From positions 2,004 through 66,003 of the forward strand of contig JAZQZC010000036.1 in NCBI GenBank assembly GCA_045633845.1: a stretch of 64,000 bases of DNA, given 5' to 3'. The DNA comes from Clostridia bacterium (lineage in GTDB: Bacteria; Bacillota; Clostridia; UMGS1810). Position 1 is the first letter of the stretch. Each line of letters begins with the position of its first letter. A program made the position numbers and the translations under genes. Shown here in pieces: positions 1 through 8,973 of the stretch. The notes below the pieces were generated by a model that did no database searches, was not told the DNA's origin, and saw only the letters and a list, made by a program, of their open reading frames with translations.

Positions 1-1
1 C

Positions 2-637
2 GTGAGGGTGGTACTTGAGCAGCTCAGGAGAGAAAAATGGTTTTGCTCCGGTGTCATTTTCTGGATGCTTGCAGATTGCTGGCCCGCAGCGGTAGGCTGG
101 ACATTTATAGATTACTATCTTATGCCAAAAGCGTCCTATTACAGCTTTAAAAGGTGTTCAAAGCCTGTTGTGTGCTCAGTAGATAAAAACGACGGTACAT
201 ACTCGGTGTATGTTTGCAACGACGGCACACAGCCTTGCAGTACAAAGCTTTGTGTGTACGCGGTGGATGTTAAATGCGGCAAAACGGAGCAGCTGTACAG
301 CGGAGAGGCTTGCGTGCCTTGCGGTGAGTCGCAGCTTGTACACAGCTTTGAGTACAGCTCAGATTGCATAATTGTTGCCGATACAGATAACGACAGAGCA
401 TTTTACAAAGAGGGCGCTCTCAATGTGTGCAAAACAGATGTTGAGTACGAGCTTGGCGAAAACTCTGTTACACTTAAATCCAAAGGCTACATTCAGGCAG
501 TAGAAATAGAGGGAAATGTGCTCCCTGAGGACAACTATTTCAGTATGCTCCCGGGAGAACAAAAAACCATAAAATTTACAAAAGCATATGCCGATGAAGC
601 TGCAGATATACACATATCTGCTTATGGGATAGAATAG
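2..637 (+). CDS. GH2-type glycoside hydrolase, C-terminal part (beta-mannosidase-like); 5' end lies outside the window
   Basis: The frame is open to the window edge, so the leading M in the ORF track is an edge artefact. The block VIFWMLADCWPAAVGWTFIDYY..KASYY resembles the conserved GH2 beta-mannosidase segment, followed by a beta-sandwich-like tail. Confidence 0.5.
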   Translation: MRVVLEQLRREKWFCSGVIFWMLADCWPAAVGWTFIDYYLMPKASYYSFKRCSKPVVCSVDKNDGTYSVYVCNDGTQPCSTKLCVYAVDVKCGKTEQLYSGEACVPCGESQLVHSFEYSSDCIIVADTDNDRAFYKEGALNVCKTDVEYELGENSVTLKSKGYIQAVEIEGNVLPEDNYFSMLPGEQKTIKFTKAYADEAADIHISAYGIE

Positions 638-646
638 GATACACTT

Positions 647-1486
647 ATGAAAATAAATGCACCCGCAAAAATTAATCTTGTGCTTGACGTATTAAACCGA
701 CGCCCCGATGGTTATCATAATGTAAAAATGGTTATGCAGTCACTCGCTCTGTGTGATGTTGTAACGGTAGAGCTCGGGGGCAGCGGCATTACAATTTCGT
801 CGAATAGCGGTGTTGTGCCATGCGATGATACAAACATTGCATACAAGGCAGCAAAAATGATGCTTGATAAAGCAAAGACGGACATGGGTGTTCATATTGA
901 TATTCAAAAAAACATTCCTGTTGCCGCAGGTCTTGCAGGCGGCAGCACCGACGGCGCGGCAGTTTTGCTCGCACTCAACAGTATGCTGGGGCTCGGACTT
1001 TCAAAACAAAAGCTGATGGAAATCGGCGGCAAATTCGGTGCCGACGTGCCATACTGCGTAATTGCTGGTACAGCTCTTGCCGAAGGTACGGGCACAGAGC
1101 TTAAGGAGCTTTGCTCCTACGGCAGCCACACAGTGCTGCTTGTAAAGCCCGATATTGCGGTGTCAACACCCTGGGTGTACAAAAATCTTAATTTGAGTGA
1201 CGTTTCACACCCCGATGTTGACAAATTTGTTGAGTGCATCAAAAATAAGCAATATACTCAAAGCTATGAGTATATGGGCAATGTTTTGGAAAGTGTAACA
1301 ATAAAAGAGTACCCCGTAATTGACCAAATTAAAAGCAAAATGTACTCTCTCGGTGCGCTCGTTTCGCTTATGAGCGGCAGCGGACCCACTGTTTTCGGCA
1401 TTTTTGAAAATGAAGCAAAAGCTCAGCTTGCAGCCGAAATTTTTAAAAAAGATTTTAAAGAGGTAATTGTTACTCGAACTGTATAA
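647..1486 (+). CDS. ispE: 4-diphosphocytidyl-2-C-methyl-D-erythritol kinase
   Basis: 279 aa. N-terminus MKINAPAKINLVLDV, GHMP-kinase motif PVAAGLAGGSTDGAA, and C-terminal MSGSGPTVFG. Confidence 0.92.
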   Translation: MKINAPAKINLVLDVLNRRPDGYHNVKMVMQSLALCDVVTVELGGSGITISSNSGVVPCDDTNIAYKAAKMMLDKAKTDMGVHIDIQKNIPVAAGLAGGSTDGAAVLLALNSMLGLGLSKQKLMEIGGKFGADVPYCVIAGTALAEGTGTELKELCSYGSHTVLLVKPDIAVSTPWVYKNLNLSDVSHPDVDKFVECIKNKQYTQSYEYMGNVLESVTIKEYPVIDQIKSKMYSLGALVSLMSGSGPTVFGIFENEAKAQLAAEIFKKDFKEVIVTRTV

Positions 1487-1510
1487 AATTTAAAAGAATA
1501 GTAAATAATT

Positions 1511-1547
1511 AGGTTGGACAAACAATTTGTCCAACCTTATTTTTTTA
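1511..1547 (+). terminator. Intrinsic terminator of ispE
   Basis: AGGTTGGACA-aacaatt-TGTCCAACCT followed by TATTTTTTT. Confidence 0.8.
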
Positions 1548-1551
1548 ACGA

Positions 1552-1743
1552 GGTGACAGTGGGGGATGTTCGCATGACAACGGGGACATTCCTCGCAAGA
1601 GGTGACAGTGGGGGATGTTCCTTTGTAAAAGGTGCGTCCCCATCTGTCACCGATTAATTTATTGCCGTCTGTTTGCTTGGGCAACGAGGACACACCCCTT
1701 GCGAGGAATGTCCCCGTTGTCATGTGAACATCCCACTGTCACC
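1552..1743. repeat. Family-1 palindromic repeat, locus 1 (alpha half + beta hairpin + inverted full alpha)
   Basis: Starts GGTGACAGTGGGGGATG and ends CATCCCACTGTCACC. Positions 1602-1743 are the reverse complement of locus 2 (2408-2551). The modules are shared with loci 3-5. Confidence 0.9.
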
Positions 1744-1776
1744 TGCCAACGCTTATAAATACCAGGAGGTACTTTT

Positions 1777-2412
1777 ATGAAAAAAATAATTTCCGCACTT
1801 TGTATAGGCTTTTTGTTATGCTTTGTGCTGAATGTCCATATGGATACCACCGAGGCCGCTCTTGCAAAAGGCATAATCCGTCTGCACGTTGTTGCAAACA
1901 GCGACAGCGAGGCCGACCAGGCGCTTAAATTAAAGGTGCGTGACCGCATACTTTCGGAGTGCAGCGATGAGTTTTCTGCAGCAAACAATATAGATGCAGT
2001 GTCTGCTGATATAAGCACAAACCTCCTATATATCAAAAAACAAGCCGAGGATGAGATTGCCAAAAACGGATATGATTATACAGTGGATGTAAGCTATGGT
2101 ACCCAAAGCTTCCCGCGAAAAAGCTACGGCGACATAACCTTTCCCGAGGGGGATTACCAGGCACTTAAGGTAGTAATAGGTCAGGGCAGCGGCAAAAACT
2201 GGTGGTGCGTGTTATTTCCGCCGCTGTGCTTTGTAGACGAGGCTTGTGTAAGCGTAGATGCTCAATCTCAGCAATATCTCAAAAATCAGTTGGGGAGCGA
2301 AACATACAGTATGGTAACAGACGGAGTGGAATTTAAGCTCAAAAGCTATGAGCTGTGGCAAAGCGGCAAGGAGCTTGTAAGCAATGCTATGATGCAGCTG
2401 GGGTTGAGGTGA
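1777..2412 (+). CDS. spoIIR: Stage II sporulation protein R
   Basis: Hydrophobic N-terminal signal/anchor. SpoIIR signature blocks IRLHVVANSDSEADQALKLKVRD and GKNWWCVLFPPLCF. RBS AGGAGG lies upstream. The stop TGA lies inside the first GGTGACAG of repeat locus 2. Confidence 0.9.
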   Translation: MKKIISALCIGFLLCFVLNVHMDTTEAALAKGIIRLHVVANSDSEADQALKLKVRDRILSECSDEFSAANNIDAVSADISTNLLYIKKQAEDEIAKNGYDYTVDVSYGTQSFPRKSYGDITFPEGDYQALKVVIGQGSGKNWWCVLFPPLCFVDEACVSVDAQSQQYLKNQLGSETYSMVTDGVEFKLKSYELWQSGKELVSNAMMQLGLR

Positions 2413-2551
2413 CAGTGGGGATGCTTGCATGACAACGGGGACATTCCTCGCAAGAGGTGTGTCCTCGTTGCCCAAGCAAACAGACGGCGATAAATTAATC
2501 AGTGACAGATGGGGACGCACCTTTTACAAAGGAACATCCCCATCTGTCACC
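2408..2551. repeat. Family-1 palindromic repeat, locus 2 (alpha + beta)
   Basis: GGTGACAGTGGGGATGCTTGCATGACAACGGGGACATTCCTCGCAAGAGG...AGTGACAGATGGGGACGCACCTTTTACAAAGGAACATCCCCATCTGTCACC. About 92 percent identical to the inverted copy in locus 1. Confidence 0.9.
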
Positions 2552-2717
2552 CATCATCTGGCTAATGTTAAGAATTTTAAAAATTTCGGTCTTTACAACG
2601 TGATTTTATTAATATATAATCGTATTAACAAATTATTTGTGCTAGGTCACTGTTATGATATTTAATCAAAAACTCATTAAAATCTTACGCAGACGATAAA
2701 TAAAGGAGCACCCCAAA

Positions 2718-3872
2718 ATGATTAACAATAACACTGTTGCAGCGATAATATGCGAATACAACCCCTTTCACAACGGACACAAATATCATATAGACCAAAC
2801 TAAAAAGCAATCCGGTGCAGATTATGTAATGTGCATAATGAGCGGCAGTATGGTTCAGCGCGGTGAAATTGCAATATCCGACAAATGGCAAAGAGCAAAA
2901 ACCGCTGTACAAAACGGCGCAGATTTGGTGGTGGAGCTGCCCACGGTCAGCGTGCTGCAGTCTGCAGATAATTTTGCATTTGGTGCAGTGGAGCTGCTCC
3001 ATAAAAGCGGTGTTGTTGATTTTTTGTCCTTTGGCAGCGAAACAGGGGATACTGAGCCACTTTATCACATAGCAAATATTCTTAATAATCCGCCTGAGGT
3101 GTTTACAAATACTGTTAAAGAGCAAATGGATATCGGCATAGGCTATCCTGCTGCGGTTAGAGCGGCATTATCAGCCTGTGGTATAAAAGATAAGCTCAAC
3201 CCCAACGATATACTTGCGGTCAATTATATAAAAGCACTACTGCAGTTAAAATCAACAATAAAGCCTGTTGCAGTGCCGCGTACCAATAGCTATCACAGCA
3301 GCTTGCCAAGCGGCGATGTTGCAAGCGCAACCGCAGTGCGCAATATGATGAAAAATGGAGAAGATATATCCCTCCTTGTGCCGCAAATCCCAACAGATAT
3401 ATATGACGAAAGCAGGCTCGAGAGCCTTGTTCTCGGCTTTTTCCGTCTTGCAGATGCTGCCAGCTTGCGTGATATTGCAGGTATGGAGGAGGGGCTGGCT
3501 GAGCGTATGATAAAAAGCGCAAAGCAAAGCACCTGCCTTGACCAATTTGTAGCAGGCTGCGTTACCAAGCGCTACACCGCTCATAGAATAAGACGTGTAA
3601 TGATGTGCTCAATTCTTGGTATTAAAAAGGGCAGCAACGCAAATTATCTGCGTGTTGTTGCAGCAAACCAAAAGGGCTTTGAAATTATTTCGCAAATAAA
3701 ACAAAATGCACATATCCCTGTTATTACAAAGCTTGCAGATTTTAACACACAATGTGACGGCGCGGTTGAGCTTGATATCCGCGCAACCGATATTGCATCT
3801 CTTTGCTCGTCGGTTTCCCAAAACCGCATAGCATCAAGGGATTATACAACCTCACCGCAGATTGTTAAATAA
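2718..3872 (+). CDS. tmcAL: tRNA(Met) cytidine acetate ligase (YlbM/UPF0348 nucleotidyltransferase family)
   Basis: N-terminus AAIICEYNPFHNGHKYHI (HxGH nucleotidyltransferase motif) and MSGSMVQRGE; about 385 aa, typical for the family. RBS AAGGAG. Confidence 0.8.
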   Translation: MINNNTVAAIICEYNPFHNGHKYHIDQTKKQSGADYVMCIMSGSMVQRGEIAISDKWQRAKTAVQNGADLVVELPTVSVLQSADNFAFGAVELLHKSGVVDFLSFGSETGDTEPLYHIANILNNPPEVFTNTVKEQMDIGIGYPAAVRAALSACGIKDKLNPNDILAVNYIKALLQLKSTIKPVAVPRTNSYHSSLPSGDVASATAVRNMMKNGEDISLLVPQIPTDIYDESRLESLVLGFFRLADAASLRDIAGMEEGLAERMIKSAKQSTCLDQFVAGCVTKRYTAHRIRRVMMCSILGIKKGSNANYLRVVAANQKGFEIISQIKQNAHIPVITKLADFNTQCDGAVELDIRATDIASLCSSVSQNRIASRDYTTSPQIVK

Positions 3873-3949
3873 CTACAAATCAAATTGGTTTACATAATAA
3901 AAACATAAAAAAAGCTCCAATTTATTTGTGAAATATTGACAATATACAC

Positions 3950-3978
3950 TTGACAATATGCACAACATTTGATACAAT
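3950..3978 (+). promoter_or_regulatory. Sigma-A type promoter for the sugar-uptake locus
   Basis: TTGACA (3950-3955), a 17-nt spacer ending in TGA, and TACAAT (3973-3978). Confidence 0.55.
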
Positions 3979-4081
3979 ATGTAATAGGTGTTATGGTAAA
4001 GATAACAAAATCTGATGTTTTGGTATAGAATTTATACTTTCGTCAGATGTGTTATAAATTAAAAAAAGGAGCGAAATTTTT

Positions 4082-5644
4082 ATGAAAAAGAATTTCAAAA
4101 GACTTGCTATAGTTGCATCAGCAATTGCAGCAACAGCTATGTTGGCTTCTTGCGGTGGCGACGACGTTGCCACAGGTGGCGGTTCTAACAAAGTTACATA
4201 CTGGGTTATGCTTTCAAACAATGCAGCTCAGGTTGTGAGTAACCTTGGCGAAACCCCATTGGCTCAGAAGCTTATGGAAACCTTCGATTGTGAAATCGAA
4301 TATCAGCACCCTGCACAGGGACAGGATGGAGAAAAGTTTAACATCTTAATTGCAAGCGGTAAACTCCCTGACATTATTGAATACAAATGGCAGACAAACT
4401 ATCCCGGCGGCCCACAGAAGGCTCTTGACGACGGCATTGTTCAGGAACTCAACCTCGAAACAGATGCACCAAATCTTGCTGCTTACATAAAAGACCATCC
4501 GGAACTTGACAAGATGATTAAAACTGACAATGGTCAGTACTATGGTTATCCTTTCATCAGAGGTGAAGAATACCTTCAGACTTCTGCAGGTATGATTATC
4601 CGTGATGATTGGCTCGATGACCTTGGTCTCGAACTTCCCGAAACAGTTGACGAATGGGAAGTAGTTCTCAAAAGATTTAAAGAAGAAAAGCTGGGCGGCG
4701 CAGCACCTTCAGTAAGTGCACTTCTCAATACTCAGGGTGGATTTATGCAGGCTTATGGCGTATGCACAAACGATCTCTATGTTGACAATGGCGTTATCAA
4801 ATATGGTCCTATGGAAGATGGCTTTAAAGACTGGCTTACTCTTATGAATGACTGGTACAACAAAGGCTACATCGCATCAGATTACACATCTTCTACAGAT
4901 GAACATGCTAAAACGCTCAACGGCGAGCTTGGTGTTACCGCTGGTGCATGTGGCAGCGGTATCGGCAGAATTATGGCTGCAGCTACCGAAGAAGGCTTTA
5001 GCGTTACAGGTACAAAAGCCCCTGTTCTCAACAAGGGTGACAAGCCTATATATGGTAACTATCAGAATGCTGTAACAGGTATCTTTGGTGTTATCACAAA
5101 AGACGCTAAAAACAAAGAGCTCTGCGCTAAAATCCTCGACTACGGTTACTGTGAAGATGGTATTATGCTCCACAACTTCGGTATCGAAGGCGAAAGCTAT
5201 ACTTTGGTAGACAAAGAAGGCTACGAAGGCAAATACCCACAGTTTACAGAGCTTATCACAAAAAATCCTGACGGTCTTTCAATGGCAGTTTCTATGTCAA
5301 GATACACAAACTCTCACACAGAAGCTCCATTTGTTCAGAAAAGAGAATATATGGAACAGTATGCAGCCCTTCCACAGCAGCAGCTTGCTTTGGAAAACTG
5401 GATGTACACAGATGTAAAAGAGCACTTCTTGCCTCCATACTCACTCACAGTAGACCAGATTAACGAAATTGCTACCGAAAGAGAAAACATCACTACATAC
5501 AGAGATGAAATGGTTGCAAAATTCATTATGGGTATCGAACCAATCGAAAACTTTGATGCATTCAGAGAAAACATCAAACAGAGAGGTATTGAAAAAATTA
5601 TTCAGTACAACCAGGAAGCATACGAAAGATATCAGACAAGATAA
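4082..5644 (+). CDS. ABC transporter extracellular solute-binding lipoprotein (large LplA-type sugar binder)
   Basis: Lipobox LASCGG after a signal peptide. About 520 aa, typical of family-1 SBPs that partner with LplB/LplC-type permeases, which follow. Confidence 0.85.
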   Translation: MKKNFKRLAIVASAIAATAMLASCGGDDVATGGGSNKVTYWVMLSNNAAQVVSNLGETPLAQKLMETFDCEIEYQHPAQGQDGEKFNILIASGKLPDIIEYKWQTNYPGGPQKALDDGIVQELNLETDAPNLAAYIKDHPELDKMIKTDNGQYYGYPFIRGEEYLQTSAGMIIRDDWLDDLGLELPETVDEWEVVLKRFKEEKLGGAAPSVSALLNTQGGFMQAYGVCTNDLYVDNGVIKYGPMEDGFKDWLTLMNDWYNKGYIASDYTSSTDEHAKTLNGELGVTAGACGSGIGRIMAAATEEGFSVTGTKAPVLNKGDKPIYGNYQNAVTGIFGVITKDAKNKELCAKILDYGYCEDGIMLHNFGIEGESYTLVDKEGYEGKYPQFTELITKNPDGLSMAVSMSRYTNSHTEAPFVQKREYMEQYAALPQQQLALENWMYTDVKEHFLPPYSLTVDQINEIATERENITTYRDEMVAKFIMGIEPIENFDAFRENIKQRGIEKIIQYNQEAYERYQTR

Positions 5645-5752
5645 TTTGTTTTGACTATTTATGGTAGGTAGTGCCTTTTGGGCACTGCCTACCTAAAATA
5701 TGTAAGGCACGATAAGTGCTTAAAAAAAGCAGAAAGGCTTAGGGAATTTATT

Positions 5753-6904
5753 ATGAAAACACCATTAGAATACGGGAAATTAGCATGTGATGCATATATT
5801 CATAAATTTGAACCGCATATGCTTCCGCCGGTCGGAACTTTGTTTTATCATCAGGGAGTCTGCCTTTCGGGTATGCAAAACATCTATAAGCTATGCGGTG
5901 ATAAAAAATATTTTAATTATATAAAAGATTATGTAGACAGTGTTATCGGCCCAAATGGCGAGATTATCGGTATTAAGCACGAATTAAATACCCCCCAAAC
6001 TGCAGACCTTGCAAAAAGATCTCTCGAAATGCTCGACCACAGACAGCCAATCATTTTGTTCTACAACCTTTACGAAGAAACAAAAGACGAAAAATATATG
6101 AATGCAATCAAAACGGTGGGTGAATCTATGTATTTCTGGCCTGTTAACCGCCATGGTGGCTACTGGCATATGATGATTCAGCACAATCAGATGTGGCTTG
6201 ACGGTGCATATATGGCAGGTCCGCTTTCGTGTATGTATGCAAACCTCACCGGTGACCCAACGCTGAGAGACAGAGCAATTAATCAGATATTCCTTATGGA
6301 TGACCATATGAAGGATGCAAAAACCGGTCTTTATTATCATGGTTGGGACGATTCATACTACGAACCAAAACAACCTTGGGCAGACGAAAAAACAGGACTT
6401 TCAAGTCAGTTCTGGTCAAGAGCCGTTGGCTGGTATGCAGTTGCTATTATGGATGTCCTCGAATTAATTCCTGCAGACCACCCTGCTTGTCCTCGTCTTA
6501 AGCAGATTGAAAAAGACTTGCTTACAAGCCTTGCAAACTTCCAGGACAAAGAGACAGGTATGTGGTTTGAGGTTATCGACCGCATTGACGCGCCTGACAA
6601 CTGGGTTGAAAGCTCGGGTACAAATCTCTTTATATACGCGTATGCAAAAGCAGTGCGTTTGGGTGTTGTATCTAAAGATGAATTTGGCGAAGTTATTGAA
6701 AAAGCATATAAAGGTAGTATCGACTCAACCTATATGGATGAAGATGGCTACCTTGTTATAGATAAAGTATGTGTAGGTACCTGTATTGATGAAGGCACAT
6801 ACGAGCATTACATCAATCGTGCACAAATCAAGAATGACCTCCATGGCGGTGGTGCTTTCCTTCTTATGTGCGCAGAAATGGAACGCTACAGACAAATGAA
6901 ATAG
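5753..6904 (+). CDS. GH105/GH88-type unsaturated glycuronyl (rhamnogalacturonyl) hydrolase
   Basis: Blocks QMWLDGAYMAGP, YYHGWDDS and FWSRAVGWYAVAIMD resemble YteR/YesR-type hydrolases. I moved the start to ATG 5753, because the TTG-extended ORF from 5678 overlaps a hairpin at 5664-5694. Confidence 0.75.
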   Translation: MKTPLEYGKLACDAYIHKFEPHMLPPVGTLFYHQGVCLSGMQNIYKLCGDKKYFNYIKDYVDSVIGPNGEIIGIKHELNTPQTADLAKRSLEMLDHRQPIILFYNLYEETKDEKYMNAIKTVGESMYFWPVNRHGGYWHMMIQHNQMWLDGAYMAGPLSCMYANLTGDPTLRDRAINQIFLMDDHMKDAKTGLYYHGWDDSYYEPKQPWADEKTGLSSQFWSRAVGWYAVAIMDVLELIPADHPACPRLKQIEKDLLTSLANFQDKETGMWFEVIDRIDAPDNWVESSGTNLFIYAYAKAVRLGVVSKDEFGEVIEKAYKGSIDSTYMDEDGYLVIDKVCVGTCIDEGTYEHYINRAQIKNDLHGGGAFLLMCAEMERYRQMK

Positions 6905-6959
6905 GTCAGTAAGTTTGGTTAATATTGACCTGACAACAGTTGAAGGGAGAATTTAAAAA

Positions 6960-7913
6960 ATGGCAAAAAACAAACAAGCAGCCATAAAGCCTGTAGATAA
7001 GCTCAGCTTCAGCTACAGACTCAAATCAGACATTTCTCGCAATTACGCACTGTACATCCTCATTATTCCTGTGATTTTGTACTACTTAATCTTTATGTAC
7101 AAGCCAATGTACGGCGCAGTAATCGCATTCCAGGACTACCGTCCGGTTCAAGGTGTATGGGGAAGTGAGTGGGTAGGCTTACTCCATTACAAACGCTTTT
7201 TCTCAAATCCTGACTTTGTAAGAATTTTCCGTAACACTCTTACAATCAGTATTTCGGGCATTGTCTTTGGTTTTCCTGCACCGATTATTCTCGCTCTTAT
7301 GTTCAACGAACTCAAGAGCCAGAAGTTTAAATCAATTGCACAGACCATTTCATACTTACCGCACTTTATTTCACTGGTTGTAGCCTGCGGTCTTATCAAA
7401 ACCTTTGTTAACGAAGGCGGTCTTATCTACAATATTGTAGTTGCTCTCGGCGGACCCGAAAAATCACTGCTCTCTCGTGCAGAGTGCTTTGTACCAATCT
7501 ATGTACTTTCAGGTATATGGCAGGAAATCGGCTGGGGTTCAATTATTTACCTTGCTGCTCTCTCAGGTATTGACCAGGAGCTTTACGAAGCAGCACGTAT
7601 CGATGGTGCCAACAAATGGAAACAGGTTTGGCACATCACACTTCCGGGCATTATGCCTACAATCATCATTATGCTTATTCTCCGACTCGGTGCGATAATG
7701 GGCGTAGGATACGAAAAGATTATTCTTTTGTACAACAGTCTTATTTACGAAACATCTGACGTTATATCCTCATACGTTTATCGTGTAGGTCTTGGCAGTC
7801 AGCAGTGGTCGTATTCATCGGCAGTTGGTCTGCTCAACTCTTTAATCAACTTCATCATCGTTATGACAACCAACAAGATTTCGGCTAAAGTTTCAGATAC
7901 ATCATTGTGGTAA
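6960..7913 (+). CDS. Sugar ABC transporter permease (LplB-like)
   Basis: Six TM segments and the EAA loop YEAARIDGANKWKQVWHITLPGI. Confidence 0.88.
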   Translation: MAKNKQAAIKPVDKLSFSYRLKSDISRNYALYILIIPVILYYLIFMYKPMYGAVIAFQDYRPVQGVWGSEWVGLLHYKRFFSNPDFVRIFRNTLTISISGIVFGFPAPIILALMFNELKSQKFKSIAQTISYLPHFISLVVACGLIKTFVNEGGLIYNIVVALGGPEKSLLSRAECFVPIYVLSGIWQEIGWGSIIYLAALSGIDQELYEAARIDGANKWKQVWHITLPGIMPTIIIMLILRLGAIMGVGYEKIILLYNSLIYETSDVISSYVYRVGLGSQQWSYSSAVGLLNSLINFIIVMTTNKISAKVSDTSLW

Positions 7914-7927
7914 GGAGGGGACATAAA

Positions 7928-8848
7928 ATGGATAAAGAAATCAGCAAAAATAAAATTAAAATCAGTACAGGCGAAAAGATATTCAATGTATTTAACGTTT
8001 GCTTTATGATTGCAATGATATTTATTATGTTCTATCCTATGTGGCACGTTGTGTGTGCGTCTTTCTCAAACCCGAGATTGCTCGCAGCTCACGATGGTGT
8101 TCTCATTATACCAAAGGGATGGTCACTCATTGCATACGACCTTATGATGGAAAATCCTATGATTCTCAAAGGCTACGGAAATACATTCTTTATACTTTTC
8201 TTCGGTCTTTTGGTAAATATGGTTATGACTTGTCTTGCAGCATACGTTCTCTCAAGACGTAACGTAATGCTCAACAAGCCGATTACAATGATGATTGTAT
8301 TCACAATGTACTTCAACGGAGGTCTTATCCCTACATATCTCAACATTATGGAGCTTGGACTCCTCGATTCGCTCTGGTCACTTATCATTCCGGGCGCAAT
8401 CAGCACATACAATATGATAGTACTTCGTACAGGCTTTGCATCTGTACCCGAAAGTCTTGAAGAATCAGCAAAAATTGACGGTGCGTCTAGCCTTAGAATT
8501 TTGTGGCAGATTATCATTCCGCTTTCAAAAGCTACAATTGCAGTTATTGCTCTCTACTACGCAGTTAGTCACTGGAACTCATGGTTCGGCGCAATGCTCT
8601 ATTTGTCAGACCGTCAGAAGTTCCCACTCCAGCTTATCCTGCGTGAAATCCTCATCAGCAACGATACAACATCAATGGTTGGTGAAGGCAGTATGGCAGG
8701 ACAGGGCGGTGCAGGTGAAGCATCATTTGTTAGCGAAACTGTAAAATACGCAGTTATCATTGTATCAACTGTTCCGATTTTGTGTGTATATCCTTTCATT
8801 CAGAAATACTTTACAAAAGGCGTTATGGTTGGAGCTGTTAAAGGTTAA
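7928..8848 (+). CDS. Sugar ABC transporter permease (LplC-like)
   Basis: EAA loop EESAKIDGASSLRILWQIIIPL. ATG 7928 is preceded by GGAGGGG. Confidence 0.88.
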   Translation: MDKEISKNKIKISTGEKIFNVFNVCFMIAMIFIMFYPMWHVVCASFSNPRLLAAHDGVLIIPKGWSLIAYDLMMENPMILKGYGNTFFILFFGLLVNMVMTCLAAYVLSRRNVMLNKPITMMIVFTMYFNGGLIPTYLNIMELGLLDSLWSLIIPGAISTYNMIVLRTGFASVPESLEESAKIDGASSLRILWQIIIPLSKATIAVIALYYAVSHWNSWFGAMLYLSDRQKFPLQLILREILISNDTTSMVGEGSMAGQGGAGEASFVSETVKYAVIIVSTVPILCVYPFIQKYFTKGVMVGAVKG

Positions 8849-8930
8849 TAATCGGCAGTGCCACTTTTCCTTAGCGTTTGAAGTATCAATTTCATTTCAC
8901 CCGCGAATACAAACAGTATATTTATAATAC

Positions 8931-8970
8931 AAAAAAATACTTCTCACTTTTTTGTGAGAAGTATTTTTTT
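8931..8970. terminator. Bidirectional intrinsic terminator between the permease gene and rnhA
   Basis: AAAAAAATACTTCTCAC-tttttt-GTGAGAAGTATTTTTTT, with an A-tract and a T-tract on the two sides. Confidence 0.8.
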
Positions 8971-8973
8971 ATA

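Noticed and set aside
1490-2665. The ORFs 1490-1723 (-) and 2429-2665 (+) encode near-identical peptides (MTTGTFLARGVSSLPKQTDG.KLI.DRWGRTFYKGTSP...). Similar repeat-derived ORFs occur at 31182-31623, 45274-45740 and 50711-51172.
   Set aside because: They are translations of the family-1 DNA repeat in whichever frame happens to be open. None has a Shine-Dalgarno sequence. The frames differ between loci, and the similarity is explained entirely by nucleotide repetition.
5678-5752. A TTG-initiated 25-codon extension of the GH105 hydrolase ORF.
   Set aside because: It overlaps the hairpin GGTAGGTAGTGCC/GGCACTGCCTACC that follows the SBP gene. The ATG at 5753 gives a family-typical N-terminus.
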